Source: Ostreococcus lucimarinus (lineage: Eukaryota). From it: DNA of 64,000 bases. The notes below the pieces were generated by a model. The model was given only the letters and a program-made list of their open reading frames with translations, did no database searches and had not been told where the DNA came from. Both the position numbers and the translations under genes were made by a program. Where the stretch lies: NCBI GenBank assembly GCA_000092065.1, contig CP000601.1; one strand, 5' to 3'. This document shows positions 59,259-64,000 of the stretch, in pieces (positions within the stretch are counted from its first letter, which is position 1; every line of letters begins with the position of its first letter).

Positions 59259-60254
59259 ATGCCGGACGAGAACCTCACAGAGTATGAGCGCCAGCGATTA
59301 GCGCACGTTCAGCGAAACCGCGAGTACATGGCTCGCTTGGGTGTGAACGCACTCGCGGATGACATTCGAAACAAGATGTCGTCGCGGAAGATTAGCACTA
59401 CGTCACGGAAAAGAGTGAAGCGCGAAGAGCCGAGCGAGCCGACGAGGCGGTCGTCCAGGGTCGTCGGTGTGAAGGCCGAGTACGATGGATCGACCATCGA
59501 CGCCTTGCTCGATGAGGACGAGGAAAACGAAAACGGTCGGGCGAGGAAGCGCGCGAGCGTCGACGCCGAGTTGGACGACGACGAGTTGGCAAAGGACGTC
59601 GTGGCGACGTCGAGAGAATGGCTCGCAGAAGCGCGAGAAAAGTTACTCGCCACGCGTGCGGACGTTGCCAATTCTTTTGTCGAAAAGTCAGCGAAAGACG
59701 AGGCGTGGCGCCGCGACGCCGTGGCGCGTTGGGGAGACAGCGTACCGTCCGCGCGTTCTGTGAGCGATTGGAAGGCGTGGACGATGTCTCGATTAGGAAC
59801 GCCTCCGCCGCCGTCACCCATGCAATTGTTGCAAGAGTATTACGCGCATGACGCGTGGCAGTTGCTGATCGCGTGTGCTCTGATGTCGCGCGTCGCGAGC
59901 GGTGCTCTCAAACACGAATGCATATCAAACTTTTTCGCGAAATTCCCGACGCCGAGCGCGGCGCTCGCGGCGGATTCGCAGGACGTGTTCGAAATCATCA
60001 AGCGCCTCGGCTTGTTCCCCGGGAGGATGCGGACGATCGTGGAGGTGTCCACGAAGTTTCTATTGGAAACTGGCGAGTTTGAAGTCGGACTCGAGCCCGA
60101 GTTGAAAATTTACGGTATCGGCGAGTTTGGAGTGGATTCGTTTGAGATTTTTGCCCGTGGCGACGTCCGACGTAAACCAAAAGATTGCAACCTACAATCA
60201 TTTTGCGCATGGCAGCGCCGTCACGGGAACGGGAAAGTTAAAGTCGAGACGTGA
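59259..60254 (+). CDS. MBD4L: MBD4-like HhH-GPD DNA glycosylase.
   Basis: The C-terminal domain WQLLIACALMSRVASGALKHECISNFFAKFPTPSAALAADSQDVFEIIKRLGLFPGRMRTIVEVSTKFL...LKIYGIGEFGVDSFEIFARGD is co-linear with the MBD4 glycosylase domain ([68 protein letters not shown]...LHGIGKYGNDSYRIFC). Confidence 0.7.
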   Translation: MPDENLTEYERQRLAHVQRNREYMARLGVNALADDIRNKMSSRKISTTSRKRVKREEPSEPTRRSSRVVGVKAEYDGSTIDALLDEDEENENGRARKRASVDAELDDDELAKDVVATSREWLAEAREKLLATRADVANSFVEKSAKDEAWRRDAVARWGDSVPSARSVSDWKAWTMSRLGTPPPPSPMQLLQEYYAHDAWQLLIACALMSRVASGALKHECISNFFAKFPTPSAALAADSQDVFEIIKRLGLFPGRMRTIVEVSTKFLLETGEFEVGLEPELKIYGIGEFGVDSFEIFARGDVRRKPKDCNLQSFCAWQRRHGNGKVKVET

Positions 60255-60382
60255 CGTGCGATAGATGAGATAGATTGTCGACAAAACCGAGTGTGAAGCC
60301 ATCGCGAGTCGCGCTTCTCGTCGTCCCCGCGCCAAGCGCGACAACATCGTCACATCGTCGCGCACACCGTGTGTGTGCGGCG

Positions 60383-61843
60383 ATGCCACCGCTTGAGGAT
60401 ATCAAAAATGTGTTACTCGACGCGCTCACGGAGATCGAGAGCACGGCGCGCGACGTTCTCGCGAGTCTCGACGAACGTCGTCTCGTTCGGGTGTCGAAGA
60501 AGCTCCCCGGCGGCGACGTCGAATGCGGAGCCGCGAACGCGCTGTTTCACGCCCTACGCGCGCAGAGCGGTCGTTATGCGTCCACCACGGTGACGTGCGT
60601 CTCGCCCATGGGCGTCGAACGTGAACACACGGCCAAATCGCTCGCCACGGCGGCGACGGAGCTCATACCAAACGCGTTCGCGTCAAAGCATTTCGCCGCC
60701 GTGCGCGTGCACGACGGCGGTGACAGCGGGATGATCACCATATGCACGTTAGAGCGATATGCCGAGCTGCGTGACGCGGGATCGGCGATGTGCGATAAAT
60801 GCGGAAAATTTATCTCCGGCGGCGAACGCGGTTTGTGGTGGCATCGAAAGACGAGGCATAACGATTTACACCAGGAAGCCATGGACGCGGTGGAGAGAGA
60901 GCGAAACGCGCTCGTGGCGATGTCGACCTCGGGATCGAGGTCGGACCTCACGAACGGAGACGCGGCGTATTTGGATAATAAGACGAAAAAAGCGTCGCGG
61001 GAGGACGATTTGCGCGAGGCGATGGCGGCGGCCCGCCGCGGCGACGCCACTGTCATGGATGCCCTGATCGCGGCGAAGCGCGTCAAAGCACTGCCTTTGC
61101 CCGGACTTGAAGCCGCGCGGCGAGGCGATTTGAATCTCTTACGCTCGCTCGTTTCGCGCGATGGATGGGATCCACGCTCGAAGGACGCCGTCGATAAGCA
61201 CGGTTCCAACGCGTTGCTTTGGGCCGCGGGCGCCGGGCACGTCGAGTGCGTCGAGTTTCTCGTCGAAAAATGCTGTATGAATCCTCAAACCTCCGTCCAG
61301 AGCGGACGGCGCTCGTACGCCGGTCGAAGCGCCTTGCACTGGGCGGCGCGAAACGGCCACGTCGAGGTGGTGGAATATCTGCTTTCGCGCGGCGTCGATC
61401 CGAACAGCACCACTGAAGACGGATCCACCGCTTTCGCGTGGGCTTGTTGGCAAGGTCATCTCGCCGTCATGCGCCAGCTCGTTGAACGCGCCGAGTGCGA
61501 TTACAAGTCGTGCAACGATTACGGTTGTAACGTCGCGTGCTGGACCGCCATGGGCGCCGGTGGCGTCGAGTGTTGCGAATATCTCGCCTCACTCGGCGTG
61601 CGTTTCAATTTGATCAACGCCAACGGTCATAGCTGTTTACACAAAGCCGCACAGCGTGGAAATCGAGACGTGTGCGAGTGGCTCTTAGATACGCCGAGTC
61701 TGGGTCTAACGCGAGACCACGCCCAACCCGACGCGGAGGGATACGATCCGGCGGGTTTAGCTCTCGTGGAAGGCTTCAACGACGTCGCCGACTGGCTCAA
61801 GGCGCGCCAGCTGGAGCTCGAGTTCGCAAACCATAAACCTTAG
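60383..61843 (+). CDS. Ankyrin-repeat protein with an N-terminal Cys/His-containing region.
   Basis: At least five ANK repeats (GSNALLWAAGAGHVECVEFLV; RSALHWAARNGHVEVVEYLLSRGVDPN; GSTAFAWACWQGHLAVMRQLV; GHSCLHKAAQRGNRDVCEWLL). The ATG (MPPLEDIKNVLL) is at 60383. Confidence 0.8.
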   Translation: MPPLEDIKNVLLDALTEIESTARDVLASLDERRLVRVSKKLPGGDVECGAANALFHALRAQSGRYASTTVTCVSPMGVEREHTAKSLATAATELIPNAFASKHFAAVRVHDGGDSGMITICTLERYAELRDAGSAMCDKCGKFISGGERGLWWHRKTRHNDLHQEAMDAVERERNALVAMSTSGSRSDLTNGDAAYLDNKTKKASREDDLREAMAAARRGDATVMDALIAAKRVKALPLPGLEAARRGDLNLLRSLVSRDGWDPRSKDAVDKHGSNALLWAAGAGHVECVEFLVEKCCMNPQTSVQSGRRSYAGRSALHWAARNGHVEVVEYLLSRGVDPNSTTEDGSTAFAWACWQGHLAVMRQLVERAECDYKSCNDYGCNVACWTAMGAGGVECCEYLASLGVRFNLINANGHSCLHKAAQRGNRDVCEWLLDTPSLGLTRDHAQPDAEGYDPAGLALVEGFNDVADWLKARQLELEFANHKP

Positions 61844-61903
61844 CTCTAGCGTTTAGTCAAATTTCTCCACTCAAGTCGCGTCAGCTACATGGTTTGCTAC
61901 GTT

Positions 61904-62941
61904 CTATTCTTCTAATCGCGACAAGCCGACGAACGCGCACGCGTAAGCATTCGCGTGCGTCGGTACCGTACAAGAACTTATACGTTTACGCGACTGGTAT
62001 GCAGCGTTCGAGTACGGCTCCAAATAAATAGCTTCGGCGCGCGAGTCAACGTTTCGAGATTCGAGAACACGTTGGACGACGTGCCGAAGAAACGCAAAGG
62101 CTATGTCTATCGCTTCTTCGTTGTAATCGCTCACCCAAAAAGGAGGCGCGACGTTTCCTAACGATGGTGCGTTAGCTGCAAACGCATCGACGTGCTCACT
62201 GACGATTCGCTCAATAGCGCGCGCCCAGTCGCCGCCCACTGGCAATCCCGCGTTAAACGCGACGACGACGTCGTAAGCTGCTGCTTCAGATGCCGACGCT
62301 GACGCGACATCGCTGACTTCGGGATACAAGCCACGAATTGCCTGAATGCGCAGCCGCCCGGAACCATCTGTCGACGTCGCTTCACACACCACACCTGGAT
62401 AAAGGCGTCGCAAAGTCGGACCGATGAACTCGACTTCGACGCGTTCGCAGTTCTCGAGCAGCACAGCGAGCGCGGCGAACGTGCGCCAGCGGGCGAGCTC
62501 GAACGCGTCCGAGGCGCCGAGCGCTCTGATCCTAAGCGTCCCACTCGTTGACGTGACGGAATATTCCTCGTACATCCGTTCGAGCGCGTCGACAATCGAG
62601 AGCACGGGCCCGAAAGTTTCCATGAGGCTCTCATCCTCGCTGAAGCGCGCGACGATGCTCGAACGTAGCGCTTCGCGACTACTGCCGGCCGTCTTTCGCG
62701 TGTCTGCAAGCATCGCCAGTCCGCGCGCTTGTGCATCGTCGTCGCGCGTCGTCGCGCTGTCCTCACCACGACACTCGCGCCTCGCCGTCGACCGCATGGA
62801 CGCCGCGTCCACGCGTCTAGCGCGCTGCGCTGTAACGGCCTCGGCCAACGACCTGACGCCAAACGTCGACGCGCCGGAAAGAACCCATAACATTTGCGGA
62901 TCGCTGTTATTTCGGAATGTCGGGAACGTAGGGGGGCTCAA
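61904..62941 (-). CDS. Hypothetical protein (345 aa), non-repetitive. Family not recognised.
   Basis: ORF of normal composition (…LRIRALGASDAFELARWRTFAALAVLLENCERVEVEFIGPTLRRLYPGVVCEA…AAYDVVVAFNAGLPVGGDWARAIERIV…). Confidence 0.45.
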   Translation of the reverse strand: MSPPTFPTFRNNSDPQMLWVLSGASTFGVRSLAEAVTAQRARRVDAASMRSTARRECRGEDSATTRDDDAQARGLAMLADTRKTAGSSREALRSSIVARFSEDESLMETFGPVLSIVDALERMYEEYSVTSTSGTLRIRALGASDAFELARWRTFAALAVLLENCERVEVEFIGPTLRRLYPGVVCEATSTDGSGRLRIQAIRGLYPEVSDVASASASEAAAYDVVVAFNAGLPVGGDWARAIERIVSEHVDAFAANAPSLGNVAPPFWVSDYNEEAIDIAFAFLRHVVQRVLESRNVDSRAEAIYLEPYSNAAYQSRKRISSCTVPTHANAYACAFVGLSRLEE

Positions 62942-62982
62942 TTCCAGGCTCAGGTATTTGTAAAAGCTTTTTTTGACCAGAC

Positions 62983-63648
62983 ATGGTCATCGACAACGCT
63001 TTCGACGACAACGTCAAGATTGTGTTCGACCTCACCAACCAGGCGCCACTCACTCGCCAGGGCACAAACATTCTGGCAGTTGACGACCACCTTGAGAGCG
63101 CGGAAGAGAAGAAGAGAAACTCGCCCGCATGGGCGAACTTCGTTCCCTTGGACGGCTTGACGAGCGAATTCGTGCCTTTTGCAATTGGTTGGTACGGTGA
63201 GATAGGTGGAGAAGCGTTGAGTTTCATTCGAAGAATCGTTGGCCATTATGTGAGAGACGAGCGCACAGCGGCCTGGAGAGTGAGGAAAATTTTGGCGGCG
63301 ATTCAGACGAGACACCTGAACATTTTGGGGGTTTACTTGCAGAACTGTCGCTTCGACATGGAAAGCAGAGGACCCATCTTGGAAAGACTTCACGGCTCGA
63401 GATGGCAACGAAGAAATTTGTGTGAGAAAGCTTGCGGCATAAAGGCGCCTCCGCAGGCTTTCCACTCAAATCGACTGTGTGTCACGCAAGAGGAGGGCTT
63501 CGGGTCCCATTATTTTCACAGAGGACAAACTACGACTGGTCGTTTGTCGTCCAACACGAACACTGAAGAAGGCACTTTGACGCAAGAGTCCGGAGCCGTC
63601 CGGAGCGTCGAGGGGGAAGTCTGCGGTGCCGTGCTGGTCGACGAGTGA
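62983..63648 (+). CDS. Subtelomeric hypothetical protein (221 aa) in the lower-GC sequence next to the telomere.
   Basis: An ATG ORF whose composition differs from the core genes. It ends about 160 bp before the telomeric repeats. No recognisable domain. Confidence 0.4.
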   Translation: MVIDNAFDDNVKIVFDLTNQAPLTRQGTNILAVDDHLESAEEKKRNSPAWANFVPLDGLTSEFVPFAIGWYGEIGGEALSFIRRIVGHYVRDERTAAWRVRKILAAIQTRHLNILGVYLQNCRFDMESRGPILERLHGSRWQRRNLCEKACGIKAPPQAFHSNRLCVTQEEGFGSHYFHRGQTTTGRLSSNTNTEEGTLTQESGAVRSVEGEVCGAVLVDE

Positions 63649-63804
63649 TGGCCGTAGGGCGTCGTGAAGGTGCACAGGAAGGATGCGAATGATCGTGACT
63701 TTTCGGGTTTAGTACGACCCAGAGAACCTAGGACTTTAGGTGTAATAAGTATTAGCTAGTCGGTCGGTTACGGCACTTCTCCCGAAGCGCCTCCCTCCCT
63801 CATG

Positions 63805-64000
63805 CGTAGGGTTTAGGGTTTAGGGTTTAGGGTTTAGGGTTTAGGGTTTAGGGTTTAGGGTTTAGGGTTTAGGGTTTAGGGTTTAGGGTTTAGGGTTTAG
63901 GGTTTAGGGTTTAGGGTTTAGGGTTTAGGGTTTAGGGTTTAGGGTTTAGGGTTTAGGGTTTAGGGTTTAGGGTTTAGGGTTTAGGGTTTAGGGTTTAGGG
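63805..64000 (+). repeat. Telomere: (TTTAGGG)n, about 28 copies. The G-rich strand runs 5-prime to 3-prime to the end of the window, so this is a right chromosome end.
   Basis: A perfect tandem gggtttagggtttaggg... to the last base. Confidence 0.95.

Noticed and set aside
1-64000. Prokaryotic-style features (CRISPR arrays, operons, Shine-Dalgarno sites, rho-independent terminators)
   Set aside because: The sequence is eukaryotic nuclear DNA (telomere repeat, spliceosomal introns, eukaryote-specific genes such as eIF1A, RACK1, ESCRT-II and CSN7). No direct-repeat/spacer arrays are present.

Overview
GC-rich, gene-dense eukaryotic nuclear DNA that ends in about 28 copies of the plant-type telomere repeat TTTAGGG at about 63805-64000, so this is the right-hand end of a chromosome. 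The very high GC content, the short intergenic spacers, mostly intronless genes with a few short AT-rich introns (GTACGT or GTGCGT donors, acceptors ending in CAG), the R/A/S/T-rich organellar presequences and the ACG/CGT trinucleotide tracts all point to a prasinophyte green alga of the Ostreococcus or Micromonas type (inference only). I can support about 45 protein-coding genes. They are housekeeping genes (BRF1, eIF1A, RACK1, RPB4, RPN12, ADA2, CSN7, VPS36, the NPSN SNARE, Asn-tRNA ligase), plastid and redox metabolism genes (stay-green Mg-dechelatase, a cytochrome b5-fused front-end desaturase, 2-Cys peroxiredoxin, FBPase, TPI, stromal processing peptidase, a GWD-like glucan water dikinase, alternative oxidase, a fumarate reductase with a cytochrome b5 domain) and biosynthetic genes (FPGS, bifunctional BIO3-BIO1, UDP-xylose synthase). 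The ORF track uses alternative start codons and ignores splicing, so I re-derived several gene models by hand. RACK1, HVA22, TPI, SGR and the 2-Cys peroxiredoxin each seem to have a short 5-prime exon, usually encoding a transit peptide, that the track misses. Most interesting is a type II peroxiredoxin with an in-frame TGA exactly at the peroxidatic cysteine position, a candidate selenoprotein. Other points worth a second look are one AT-rich gene with five or more introns set among intronless neighbours, a truncated ZnT9-like transporter ORF flanked by an exact 86-bp direct repeat, a GWD-like enzyme that lacks the starch-binding N-terminus, and a low-GC lysine-rich ORF of unknown function. 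I found no rRNA, no convincing tRNA and no CRISPR array, and none is expected in nuclear DNA of this kind.
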